Assembly (NCBI GenBank): GCA_001599295.1
Contig: BCGN01000008.1
Span: 1,178,001 to 1,242,000 of the forward strand
DNA length: 64,000 nt
Direction: 5' to 3'
Origin: Sporopachydermia quercuum
Lineage: Eukaryota
Positions 23,619-35,185 of this stretch are shown in pieces. The position numbers and the translations under genes are program-made. Numbering within the stretch: position 1 is the first letter of the stretch; the number at the start of each line of letters is the position of its first letter. Below the pieces are notes generated by a model that ran no database searches, had not been told where the DNA came from, and was given only the letters and a program-made list of their open reading frames with translations.

Positions 23619-26540
23619 TTAATACTGATATTCATTATTAAAATATCCGTTATTCATATTCAAATTCATCTTTTGACAATTGATTCCCATATAATCATTA
23701 GTGTATCCTCCAAAATTTGATTCGGCAATCCCACCGTTATCGCTATTTGATTCATAATTATCTCCATATCCGAAATTTCGGCCATAGTTCTGTTGAGGGG
23801 GGAGCCCTGCCAACGTTCCATTAGCTTTATGATGCCCATGGTTATTCTGATTATGAGTATGATGATTATGACTATGATGATGCTGATGTTTATTGGCCAT
23901 TAGTTTTCCATTATTACCAGCCGTAGCACCGCTTCTTGATCCGAGTCCTAATTCTTCTAATAATCGTTTATATCCGTGTGGTAATCCATTTCCAAGTTCA
24001 TTTATTCCTATTTTGATTTGAGCCACAGCTGGAATCCGAACAGCATCTTCCAAATATGGCGTAGTTATGAGTTTATANAGAAATGTTGGTCCTTGGGATT
24101 TATCACGAAGGATTCTCTGCAGTAAGATTGTTGGTTGATTTTCTGGATTTCCGTCTAAATGAAATAAACATCGCAATATGCTGTCCCGAGCTTCTGATCC
24201 GTTCCGGTGGCTGATAAGCTTTAGAATTGTCAAGTTACCTAGTTTATGTGTACATAGGTAATCCAGATAAGGTTGCAACTGTGGAGCAAGCAATTGCGGA
24301 CGCAGTTCTAACGTGCAAGTATCTAAATACCAGGTTAGAAGTAAGGCTCCGTTCGGATCAGTAGCTAAATGTGTGGCATGCGAAACAATTACCGCGGCTA
24401 TTTCTGCTTGTTGAGTTTTGGTAGCATATGACGATTCCAAACAAGCCCGGATAGCCCGAGCACCGAACCGTCCCCGGGAAATCTCTATAAAATGAGCCAT
24501 GATGGTTTCAAAAAGGAAATCATTCCACGGCTGACCAAATTTCAAACATACTTGCAGAACATAATTTCCAAATTGATCATTGAAAAGTGGCACAGTGAAT
24601 TCCTTTAATGATTCAGCAATGAGCCACTTTTCTCTGCCACTCTGTGCCACACCTACTATTTTCTGGGCTGCCCAAGTTCCGTTTTTATGAATTCCGATTT
24701 GCCCCATATGTGGTGCAATATACTTGAGCATTACTGACTTTATCGTAGTTGACGCTCCATCGAAAAGCTTTTGAACTACAGTGTTTCCTATATAGTCACT
24801 AGCTAATTCAGCTATTTCATCTAACATCAAAATGGCAATTTCTTCCGTTTCTTCCTTTCCGATACTTCCCGCATCAAGTCGCTTCCGAACTTCTCTCAGG
24901 TAAGGAGCATCGAACACTTTAATTGTACTGACTTCACTAGCCGGAGGTATTTCTTTTGGTTTCGGAGTTCTCAAAGCACGGAAAACTGCTTTAGAAATAA
25001 CCAAGATTTCTTCGGAATTCAATCCAAATTCTGAGCTGATTTCGGTAATTTTAGGGCTAATTTCTTTTAAAGTTGGAGCGGTTGGAGGCACAGAAATAGG
25101 CACCAATTCTGCGGGTGCGGAAACAGGGATTTGTTGCGGTAACTGTGGTTGAGCGGAAGTGACAGGTTCTTCCCGAGACTTCGGTACAACTCGGGCAAAA
25201 GCTATAACCATGGGTTCCGTACTAGGGCTCAATTGGGTATGGGACAATGCTACTTTGGCCTGCATAGCGGCATCAATTGAATCAAAAGTAACCAAAGCAC
25301 AATCTCGGGACTGTACAATAATCAACTCTTTAACGTGTCCATACAATTGGAAAACCCCCGCCAAGGCTGCTGCTGATTTTCCGGGTGGAACTGGTCCAAA
25401 ACATAACGTTGTTTGTGGTCCCAAGGAAGGATCCGCTAATGATGTAACAAATGTAAGTCCAGAGTCCGTCAAATGGCTTTCTGGACGCTCCACAAACTGA
25501 TTCTTCGTGGATTGTACTGCTGACACTCCAACAGTTGCAGCACGTGGTCTATGAGCGTCATTAATATGACTGTGTCCCAAACCGGGAGGAATACTTCCGA
25601 TAGGTCCCATTTGAGATTGAGGTAGGAAACTACCATTTTGAGACGGTGGAGGAAGGTTTGTAGAAGCAGTGGAAGACATTTCAAAGTACCCTACAGGGGA
25701 CTCAATGGATTCGGCTAAAGTTGGTGGGGTAAGGATAGCTGGATGGTGCAAATACGAGGCATTAGCTAGAGCATTGTTTGTTGAATAAGATCTGACTCTA
25801 GTGCTAGAGGATACTTGGGTACCCATTTGTTGCCCTACTTGTGGCACCACTTGTTGACTTATTTGTGATCCGTTGCTAAGTCTCATTTTGGTTTGAAAAT
25901 CATTAGAGAGACCACCTAGACTTTCAGGGGAAGTCCATAAACCAGAGGTAGATCCGGACCCAGCACTTGGAACCAAAGCAGGCACAGAAATTGAGCCCAG
26001 AGAAGCTTCAGGAAGAGTATATAGACTTCCTGACCGAAGTCGAGACACCTGGGTGGCGGCAACATCGTGGTAATTCTCCAATAAGGTACCCGAAACACCA
26101 GAAGACCCACCGATGGGTGAATACAAATGACTGGCCGAAGAACTGGATGCGGAAGATGTAAACTGTTCCGAGTTACTTGAGTTTGAATAAGGAGTTGATC
26201 CAATAGATCCTAAAAAAGAAGGAGATGCCGAGACGGAGTTCGGATACAATTGGCTTTGCAACCCAGGTGTACTGAACCGAGACGGCAGAGTTCCAGCTCG
26301 AGTTCTTCGTTTTGGGTCCAATTCTGATCCAAGTCCCAGGGTTGGAATTCCTTGAAGACCGATTAACGGTGGAGTTGGTGATGGTTTATTAGAAAATGAG
26401 AACCGAGAGCAAGACGGATGAGACGGATCGGAAGAATGGGGAGCTAAAGCGGGTGAGCCGTTGAGACTNGAGTCTTGACGGATGTAAGAAGCATAATTGC
26501 TTGATAGTCCGTCATTATTTATATTTTCCATTGGCGTCAT
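23619..26540 (-). CDS. JSN1: Pumilio-family RNA-binding protein with RRM (Jsn1/Puf1-Puf2)
   Basis: RRTRAGTLPS motif; RRM (TLCFGPVP...CALVTFDSIDAAMQAK); PUF repeats (ELASDYIGNTVVQKLF, HKNGTWAAQKI, DQFGNYVLQ). Confidence 0.92.
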   Translation of the reverse strand: MTPMENINNDGLSSNYASYIRQDXSLNGSPALAPHSSDPSHPSCSRFSFSNKPSPTPPLIGLQGIPTLGLGSELDPKRRTRAGTLPSRFSTPGLQSQLYPNSVSASPSFLGSIGSTPYSNSSNSEQFTSSASSSSASHLYSPIGGSSGVSGTLLENYHDVAATQVSRLRSGSLYTLPEASLGSISVPALVPSAGSGSTSGLWTSPESLGGLSNDFQTKMRLSNGSQISQQVVPQVGQQMGTQVSSSTRVRSYSTNNALANASYLHHPAILTPPTLAESIESPVGYFEMSSTASTNLPPPSQNGSFLPQSQMGPIGSIPPGLGHSHINDAHRPRAATVGVSAVQSTKNQFVERPESHLTDSGLTFVTSLADPSLGPQTTLCFGPVPPGKSAAALAGVFQLYGHVKELIIVQSRDCALVTFDSIDAAMQAKVALSHTQLSPSTEPMVIAFARVVPKSREEPVTSAQPQLPQQIPVSAPAELVPISVPPTAPTLKEISPKITEISSEFGLNSEEILVISKAVFRALRTPKPKEIPPASEVSTIKVFDAPYLREVRKRLDAGSIGKEETEEIAILMLDEIAELASDYIGNTVVQKLFDGASTTIKSVMLKYIAPHMGQIGIHKNGTWAAQKIVGVAQSGREKWLIAESLKEFTVPLFNDQFGNYVLQVCLKFGQPWNDFLFETIMAHFIEISRGRFGARAIRACLESSYATKTQQAEIAAVIVSHATHLATDPNGALLLTWYLDTCTLELRPQLLAPQLQPYLDYLCTHKLGNLTILKLISHRNGSEARDSILRCLFHLDGNPENQPTILLQRILRDKSQGPTFXYKLITTPYLEDAVRIPAVAQIKIGINELGNGLPHGYKRLLEELGLGSRSGATAGNNGKLMANKHQHHHSHNHHTHNQNNHGHHKANGTLAGLPPQQNYGRNFGYGDNYESNSDNGGIAESNFGGYTNDYMGINCQKMNLNMNNGYFNNEYQY

Positions 26541-29240
26541 GCCACAAAATTGGTTCTCGGAGCTAATGTTTGCGAGTTGTGTTTGCGTCTATGTTTATTA
26601 CTTGGTTTGTCGATTGTGACCTGTGATGAAAGTTTGATCTTTCTTTGTAAGCTGAATGAGCAATTATAATTATGATTGAAAAAATGATTGAAATAAGCCA
26701 CAATTAATGATGAGTAAAGCTTCGAATCACGACTATCTTTTTATGCAACGCTACGTATGATTTAGTAATCCTGTTAGATTAATGAAAGTTGTCAAAGCGT
26801 ATACTAATTCTATTTCAAAAACTGTTTTTTTTTTCCTTCGTTTTCGAAAGAACGAGCACTTGTTCTAATTCCATACACTTATCATCCATTCACAAAATCG
26901 GATTTGTGGAGGAAAAGAACACAAATAGGCTTTATGAGGCAGTGGAAACTCAAAGGGGGTAGTCTGAGAGACTTTACTCAAGCTGATTTTAATGTGGGGA
27001 AATGGGACAAATCGTCAAAGTTTGGGTTTTTCCAACGATAGGGAGAGTTTTGGGACAATACAAGTAATCCATATGACGTAGCTGCTGTAGAAGATTAACC
27101 ACATGTTAGCTTGTTTAGAAGTTATACGTGTGGACAATTGATAGAAATGATTATTAATGATTTCAAATTTAATACATAATCTTTGGTTGTCTATAAGTCA
27201 CTCTGATGAGTTTCAAAGGGATTTGATTAATCGCCGGGATCCGATAGCATCCGAGTATCCCGGATCAACTGAAGGGCAGACAAGGTAATAACTTTATATC
27301 AATATTATACTTGTTCGAGAATTGTCCAGCATATAAAGATAAGAAGGTACAAGGGACCATGGGCGATATGGATGTATTAGAGAAAGGTTCATCAATAGAG
27401 AAGTNCGCAGTATTAATGCTTGAAAACCCATAATATAATAATAATCAATGATAGAAAAGAATTAGATCTATTGAGCACACCGTACCTATAATTTTCTTAT
27501 ACCCCCTTTTTATAGCGTAATCTGATATGTATGTAATTCATCTCTTCTTAACTAAGGGGGCTGTACTTTGAGATCTCGTCCCTCTTGTCCAAGTGTCCCA
27601 GAACACATGCACCTCAATAATGCTCACTCATTATAATCCGTACAGTTGAACAATTCCTAGGACAACCAAACATATCTGAGCATCCCTTACCTACAGACAC
27701 AAAATTCCAGTAAAAAGAGGCGCAGAGAAGAGAGGAATGAAGACTGGATGAGCAAACTTTGTATAACTTACTTTCATACGGATTGTCATGTATTTTGTCT
27801 TATAAATTCCAATTGACAGCACAAGCAGATGTGGGCAGTCTTGGCTTTGATTTGTGTAATATATACTGAGATGTAATTAAAACGAGTAGGAAAGCACATT
27901 TCTAAAGATAAATAAGAGGTAGGATTAGATGATCTGATAATGAGATATTCATTTCAAACCTATTATAAGAGCCAAAAGTTGACATACAAGTTGCATTGCG
28001 CGGAAACAAGCGGACCCTATTTGATCATGTGACATATATCAAGAGCAGTGAAGACCACGTGACAAACATCTACTTACCTGTTTTCCTGTTGTGTCAGCCA
28101 AACGGAGCTCATTTCGGATGAACCGAGATTTTATCCGTTCAAATATAAACCTAAATTTTGTGTAACCGTTTCAGATATTAGCCAATAATCCAATCAGGAC
28201 TATCAGGTACTTGCCTTACTTGGTAAGTTGATTTGATACTGATCAATTAGATAGACCAACAGTCAATAGGTATGAAGTGCACAACCGGAGGACATCAGCC
28301 AGTTTTGAAGAAACCTAAGAACTTGTTATTACTCCTGTAAATTGTTTCATTCTCACCAGTCTCCAAACGCGAACTGCAATATCGATTTATTTAAATATTC
28401 ATAATCTGAAGTCATCCAAATCCAAATCCAAATTCAAGTCCACATATTTCATACTTAGTGTTCGTACTATTAGCGTAAACGTGGTCAAAATATAGATAAT
28501 GGTTCGAGAATTCTTAGCCTCAATGAATGATTAGGTAATTAATTTGGTTGTTCAAAATAATGAGTATTCTATTTTCAGTTATTTTTACTTATTTCTTATG
28601 AATTGTCGATGAATAGAAGAATTGATGAATTGAAAAAACAAGTTTGAATGATCCTGGACTCTGTAGTTTGTTCCGGTTTCTAATTTCTTTGATGCCATAA
28701 ATACCGCTGCTATATTTGTTCAGTGATTCTATTTGCTGGTACCAGTTTCAATACGGCAGAGTAATAGTAAACTCATGCTAGATTCGCACTAGATTTCATA
28801 GTAACGAAGTAATATAGTGATGCTAGTTCCCATAATCCTCTAATCTCATAATAATAAGCAGATAATGAACTGAATTATTGCTAGTAACTGATTGGTTCTT
28901 GATCGTGCTTTCTTTCGCTTTATTTATTGTATTTCCATCAATTGAACCAGATGAATTGAATTATTCGAACAGCATAGTAACTAAATAAATAGTTGATTGA
29001 AATTCCACACTAGTTGTTGCAATAAGAAGAAGAAAATAAAATACTCCTATGATAATAACGGTAACAGTAATACCTGTCATAGTAGTAACATCCTAAGAAT
29101 CATAGTTACTGCTACCATTCGAACAACTACCGAAATAAACTTAGCATAGTAAAACAATTATTCTAATAGCTAAATTATCAGACTTACTTTTAAAGCACGG
29201 TGTTTTCAATTCAATCCATTTCCCATTCTTTCATATCTTC

Positions 29241-30250
29241 TCATAGAAATGTCCTTGATAGAGTAATTCCAGTTGCTATATTATGAACTCTGCCATCAAT
29301 TGCATATCCTTCTTTCAGCAAAATTTCTATTGTTTCTGGTAAAGATTTCAATGAAGCTATAATAAAAATGGGGTTGTTAGTATATTATTTCCGGTTTGAA
29401 AGAAGAATTAATAGAGTAACTGGTAGTATTACTGGTAGTATAACTGGTAGTATAACTGGAAGTAAGCTAAGAAAAAGGTTGAACACCTGAAAAGATAGTA
29501 ATACATACTGGAAAACACTTCAATGAACTCTCCGTCTTCAAGCTCAGTATGTCGATTTTGGTTCCGAGAATCGGATAGATCAACATCCACAAAAACGTTT
29601 AATAAACTAGTGTTACAAAATCCCGGATCATTGAATGCTACTTCACCGCATTTCCGGACCGTTCCGATGAATCCTGTTTCCTCCCTGAGCTCTCTTATAG
29701 CACAATCAGCATAACTTTCGCCCGGTTCAAGCAATCCCGCCGGTATTTCAATGCATACTTTATTCACCGGAGGTCGGAATTGCTTTTGGAGAATGATTTT
29801 GGGTTCCGAAACTTCTTTAATTATAGCTATAATACCAACGGCTATTTATTGTTAGTAAATAAGTAAGATCTTTATTGGAACGAAATTTCGGAGGAAATGC
29901 CGATCTAGGCACAACTCAGATAAAATATTTGAGCTTTACTTACCATCAACAGAGCTTCCTTCTGTTCGGGTCTTCCGAGATCCGAATTCCCACCATCGGT
30001 CTCGTCCTGCAGGATCAATATATCGGATTCTTTCAATCTTAATCCATTTCGAGTCGGTACTTTCTAATGGTTCTGTTGCTACGACATATGCCTTTTGTAA
30101 ATCTGCTTTACTCATTTTGATATCCGAGAAAGTTTCTTCTGATTCTGAAGATGCCGCTTTGCTTCCGAACCCTCGGATAGCTGTTTTACGCAACCCTGCC
30201 ATATTAGTCCATCTCAGATGAGACAATATCCCGTTAGTGCTTCTGAACAT
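29241..30250 (-). CDS. YSA1: ADP-ribose pyrophosphatase (Nudix), 3 exons
   Basis: Exons 30250-29944, 29841-29509, 29356-29241. Introns GTAAGT..TACTAAC..TAG (102 nt) and GTATGT..TACTAAC..TAG (152 nt). QFRPP...EIPAGL...AIRELREETG Nudix box; C-terminus GYAIDGRV. Confidence 0.93.
29417..29464. repeat. 12 bp tandem repeat (TAACTGGTAGTA) x4 inside YSA1 intron 2
   Basis: Units at 29417, 29429, 29441 and 29453 with single substitutions. Confidence 0.9.
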
Positions 30251-30670
30251 ATCCAGTCTCTCCAAAAACGGCTACAATATTACCAAATAAAGCTCTGCTT
30301 CAAAAACAGTAGTATATGTGTTACTTGCCGATCATCAAAGCTTTCCCCACTTGTCCCTGGTGTCAAAAGAAGAACCAAAATGCATCATTGTGAAGTCATT
30401 ATTGAATGATTACATAATTTAATTTGAGTCGTAGAACTGGGTTAAACTTTTATGAAAGGAGACGTGAAATGAAAGTATATTTGAAATAAGTACTCTTTTT
30501 ACATCATTTCCGTTTAAGAGATTCCGGAATAAAATTTCTTCCGCTGATATNAGACATCATGCACAATTTCGGTTTCTTTTCTTCTTTAGAGAGAAATCTC
30601 GGAAAGTGTTGAGACTGAGAACCTTAAATCTTATAAATTTGCATTTTCTAATACGTTTAATTCACTCAAA

Positions 30671-31906
30671 ATGCCGTCAGAAGTTGTGCAGCTTGACAAT
30701 TACAGCCGACTGGGCAGAAATTTCTATTTGGGATTAGGAATGGAAGGTTCGGCCAACAAACTCGGAATAGGTATTATTCTACATCCGAAGGGTCCGCTGG
30801 ATCCGAATAATCCCGAAGCTAGAGCTATTGTACTTTCAAACATCCGAGATACTTACGTTCCACCTGCTGGTGAAGGTTTCCTTCCTAGAGATACGGCCAG
30901 ACATCATCGGAATTGGGTAGTTAGAATTACCAAAAGAGCTTTAATACAGGCTGCAGAGACTCTCGGAAGTAGCCGCCCAGAATTTCAGAACCTTATTTGG
31001 GCTCCTGACGAACCTAATTTATTCGCAAATCCCAGCCCGATACTTGCTCCGAGCTCATTAGACTGCATATGTTTCACCCAAGGTCCCGGAATGGGTGCCC
31101 CACTTCAATCTGTGGTAATGGCGGCGCGGTGTCTTTCCTTAATGTGGAATTTACCCCTCGTTGGGGTTAACCACTGTGTGGGGCATATCGAAATGGGCAG
31201 GGAAATAACCAGAGCTGCAAACCCGGTGGTTCTATACGTATCTGGTGGTAATACTCAAGTTATAGCTTATTCCAAGAACCGATATCGGATATTTGGAGAA
31301 ACTCTTGACATTGCGGTCGGGAACTGTTTAGACCGTTTTGCCCGGACGTTAGGAATTCCGAATGATCCAAGTCCCGGATTTAATATTGAACAACTGGCTA
31401 AAAAGGGTAAGAAGTACTTGGAGTTGCCTTATACAGTTAAAGGCATGGATTTATCGATGTCGGGCATTTTAGCTTATATAGATGGAATAGCGTCGGCCAT
31501 ACTACCCAATTTGGGGTCCTGTCGGAAAAGTACGGTTCCAAATTTATCTGAAATCTCAGAACAATTCACACCGGAAGATCTTTGCTTTTCGTTACAAGAA
31601 ACCCTATTTGCTATGCTTGTTGAAATCACAGAAAGAGCCATGGCTCATGTTGATACAAACCAGGTGTTAATTGTCGGAGGTGTTGGATGCAACGAGCGGC
31701 TACAGGACATGATGGAGCTGATGGTTCGGGATCGGAATGGAAGTGTATTTGCTACCGATGAGAGGTTTTGTATTGATAATGGGTTAATGATAGCACATGC
31801 TGGGTTGCTAGGATATCGGACGGGATATCGGACCAAGATTCGGGATAGTGTTTGTACTCAGAAATTTCGGACAGATGAGGTTTATGTGAAATGGCGGAAT
31901 GATTAG
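30671..31906 (+). CDS. KAE1: tRNA N6-threonylcarbamoyltransferase (KEOPS subunit)
   Basis: [70 protein letters not shown] motifs. Confidence 0.97.
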   Translation: MPSEVVQLDNYSRLGRNFYLGLGMEGSANKLGIGIILHPKGPLDPNNPEARAIVLSNIRDTYVPPAGEGFLPRDTARHHRNWVVRITKRALIQAAETLGSSRPEFQNLIWAPDEPNLFANPSPILAPSSLDCICFTQGPGMGAPLQSVVMAARCLSLMWNLPLVGVNHCVGHIEMGREITRAANPVVLYVSGGNTQVIAYSKNRYRIFGETLDIAVGNCLDRFARTLGIPNDPSPGFNIEQLAKKGKKYLELPYTVKGMDLSMSGILAYIDGIASAILPNLGSCRKSTVPNLSEISEQFTPEDLCFSLQETLFAMLVEITERAMAHVDTNQVLIVGGVGCNERLQDMMELMVRDRNGSVFATDERFCIDNGLMIAHAGLLGYRTGYRTKIRDSVCTQKFRTDEVYVKWRND

Positions 31907-32549
31907 GTAGAAGATTGTGTCCGATTGCCGAACGGAGGGGATCCGACTGGATCCGATGGTAGCTAGTAGGAACAACTATATAGTGATTTTAAACTTTCGC
32001 GATACCGAAGAAGATAACGGATAGGAAAATTGTAATTTCACTACGTGTTCCGTTATTATAGGACAAATAGCGGAAATAATAACAAGAGATTGTCATAAGA
32101 CGGAAACCATATTAATGACTTATTCGGATTTTGGATTCTTCACATTAGGATCGCTACAACAATAAGAAATTAGATTTATTACGTTATGGATATATATTAA
32201 TGCTAAACTAATTCACACCATTTCTGCTTTCGTAGACAAGTAAGTCAAATTTGACTAAATCTTTCTGTTTGGTTTTCGATACGACCCAATAAGGGAGATT
32301 GTGCCTTTTCACTCAAAACTCAACCTACTTTTTCAGTATCGTTTCTTATATGTTGAGGCAACTTTGCTACCTTAACCGGAAACAGATTGAGTTACTTTTC
32401 ATCATATCTTAATCCTAATAATTTCCATAAGAAGAAATGTCTTCTATCATGATCACTCAGTTACCATTTCCAGTATAGAATGCTAAATCTTACTTCCCGG
32501 ATCAAATCTTAACAAACCCAAAATCCTCATCTTTTTCTTGAACTCTCAC

Positions 32550-34735
32550 CTATTGTTTCCGACTCATTATTAGCGTATTCAGGAATTTGTGGCCCAGGAG
32601 TTCTTGAGCCGTGGCTCGGTTGCGAAAATCAATCACAAACGTCCGTTTCAGGAAATCCCGACATTCTTCTGTACATTCCGGTGGAATCTCTGGCGTTGCT
32701 GAAGACGTACCGATCCGAAATATCGCCTGCATTTGACTGTAATCTGGAAAAGGATGCTTTCCTGTAAACATCTCAACTATCAAACATCCCACGGACCAAA
32801 TATCGGCTTTTAGCGTATACACTGTTTGCTTAATAACTTCGGGAGCCATCCAAAACACGGAACCCTGCAAAGAAGCCCTTCGGCCAGATTTTAGGTTATC
32901 GGAATTAATCTTCTTACTGATTCCAAAATCAGTAATCTTCACTCCGCCTTGGATATTTATTAGTACGTTTGCGCCTTTAATATCTCTATGCATAATTCCC
33001 TTTTCATGGAGATAGTTCAAACCTAAAAGGATTTGCCGAACAAAATTCCGGATTAACGGCTCTTCAAAGGGACCGTAATTACTAAGCATGCTGGCCACAG
33101 AGCCTCCCGGAACGTATTCTAGGAAGATATTCAGATGGGTTTCATCCGTGCTTGAGCCTAAATAACGAACAATGTTCTCATGGTGGAGGTCTTTCAGTAT
33201 ATCCATTTCTCTCTGTAGGGCTTGTATCATAGATTCATTTTTAAGATTAGCCGGGATGGAAACGGAAGAGATGGCGGAAGAAGAAGTTGAGCCGTCGGGA
33301 AAAGACGGAAGCTGTACACATTTAACTGCCATTAATTCACCAGTAAGAGCGTTCATGCCGAGGTAAACTTCAGAATAACTACCTGAACCAATAAAAGCAC
33401 CTTTGATCCATTTTTTAGGGCCTTTGAGTCCTTCCCAAAAGGCGTCATTTAAAAGATCTTCTTCCGACACAGCGTCTTCAAAGAGTTCAATTGATGCGGG
33501 GTCGTCTTCCGCGTCGGAGATGACAGAAAGACGGGAAGAAGTTGCTCTTGAGAGTCTAGCAGCAGAAGCTGCAGTGGAAGTTGCCGCCACTTCCTCCAAT
33601 TCGGAAGCTTTAAGGATCATGTAATCGCCGATTGTGTTAATAGTGCTAGTGTCAGAATTAACGGAATTGTATGTCATTTCACTCAAAATAGACGGAGGCC
33701 TATTAGCGGAATGATTAGAGATAGAATTTTGATTACTATGTCGAAACATCCGAGACATTCCGATGGAATATCGGACAGAGTTTCGGATAGTCTCCCGGAG
33801 CTTCTTCCCTTCAACTTCGGGGAAATATTCGGCTAGGTTGGATGAAATAAGTTCCGATGGAGGTCTTTGGCCATAGAAAGAACGGATGCCATCTGTTGAG
33901 CCGGTTTCTGTGGTTCGAGATANAGCGGAAGCGGACTTGGATCCAAAAGCCGAACCCGATTCTATCCGCCGGGAGGCTGCTAAAGCTTCCGGAGTCGGGA
34001 AAACATCCGATTTACACAGTATTAGGCGGTTCCTTTCCTTCCGATCCGTTGAATGGCAGACGGTGATCAATTCAATATCGGATAACCTCCGTGGTTGGGA
34101 CTTATCTGTGGATGAGTTTGTGGCCGTTGTGTCGTAAACAAATATAGATAAATCATCCGCAGGTACTATTTCCGCCATTGCCCGCTTGATTGACTCTCCG
34201 TTGAAAGTATTAGCCACATTGACATTCCGAACTGATCCGTCCGCCAAAATCACCCGAACTGTATTTCGACGTACTTGAGCCATGCTCATAACATTAGCCG
34301 ACCCGAGATAACCTACGGAAGCACTTTGAGTTTTGATTCGACCACTGGAAACTAATGGTTTAGGCTTACTGGAACCGGAGGTCAGTTTGCCGTTTCTGGA
34401 TTCAAGTTCCGACTGTATTTCTTTAGTGCGAAGTTTATTTGCCGCTAATAAAAGTCGAATTCGGTCTCCGACACAGTCAATGCCGAGTTCTTTCAATGCT
34501 TCCCGATCGCAATGGGGAAGCAGATCGGAAGTGACTTCGTTTTCTGGGAGGAATGAATTTTAAGTTAGAAGGAGTTCTTTCCGGAAATCGCCCAAATAGG
34601 AATACTACCCACCAAAAACAGTAATCGCTTGTCCCTGATTAAGTAATACACTAACGAAACTGAGAACATACCAATGAAGTTTCGCTCATATTGTTCACAA
34701 TGAGCGGAGACAAGAATGTGATGCAAAGGTTCCAT
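32550..34735 (-). CDS. STE11: MAPKKK with SAM, Ras-association and kinase domains, 2 exons
   Basis: Exon1 34735-34672 (MEPLHHILVSAHCEQYERNFI), intron 34671-34544 (GTATGT..TTCTAAC..CAG), exon2 34543-32550. SAM domain (LKELGI..VGDRIR), FYGQRPPSELISSNLAEYFP, kinase RASLQGSVFWMAPEV. Confidence 0.95.
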
Positions 34736-35185
34736 TTTGTGGTCAACATTACACCAGATTGAGTGTAGGCTATGTCTGAATAGGAAATATTACCGAGATG
34801 CAACTACGGAAATTTTCTGGGCTGTTCTGAAGGCCTTGGTAGTTCAAGAGCTCAGATCATAAGATCGAGATTGTAATACATAAAAACTATCTTTAATGAT
34901 GTGTATCATATTTGAGTTTTGTGATCCTTTGTTTCAAACTCAAACTCAAACTCCAAATAAGATTTAAGGTTTATCTCTTGATTACACAACTTCAAACAAA
35001 CCTTACACTCGCAATAAGGATTTAAGATTTGTTATGCCTTTCGCAAAGCCACAACTAGATGTGGCTCATAGGGAACTCGGCTATATATATCTTTTATTAT
35101 AAATACAGTTTTGGTCCAATTATATTAGCTATATACCTCTATGCATGTACCTGCACTACTATTGCATTTAGTAGCCAATAGCCAC

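Noticed and set aside
28071..28165. TACTTACCTG resembling the 5' end of U1 snRNA, with an Sm-like AATTTTGTG downstream
   Set aside because: Preceded by C rather than A; no U1-70K loop (GATCANGAAG) or U1A loop (ATTGCAC) visible; spacing too short. It is more simply read as a minus-strand splice donor or chance
30950..31045. Roughly 25-30 aa insertion in KAE1 as a possible hidden intron (CCTAAT...CAG)
   Set aside because: No good donor; candidate excisions (67 or 71 nt) break the frame, so it is treated as a lineage-specific loop insertion
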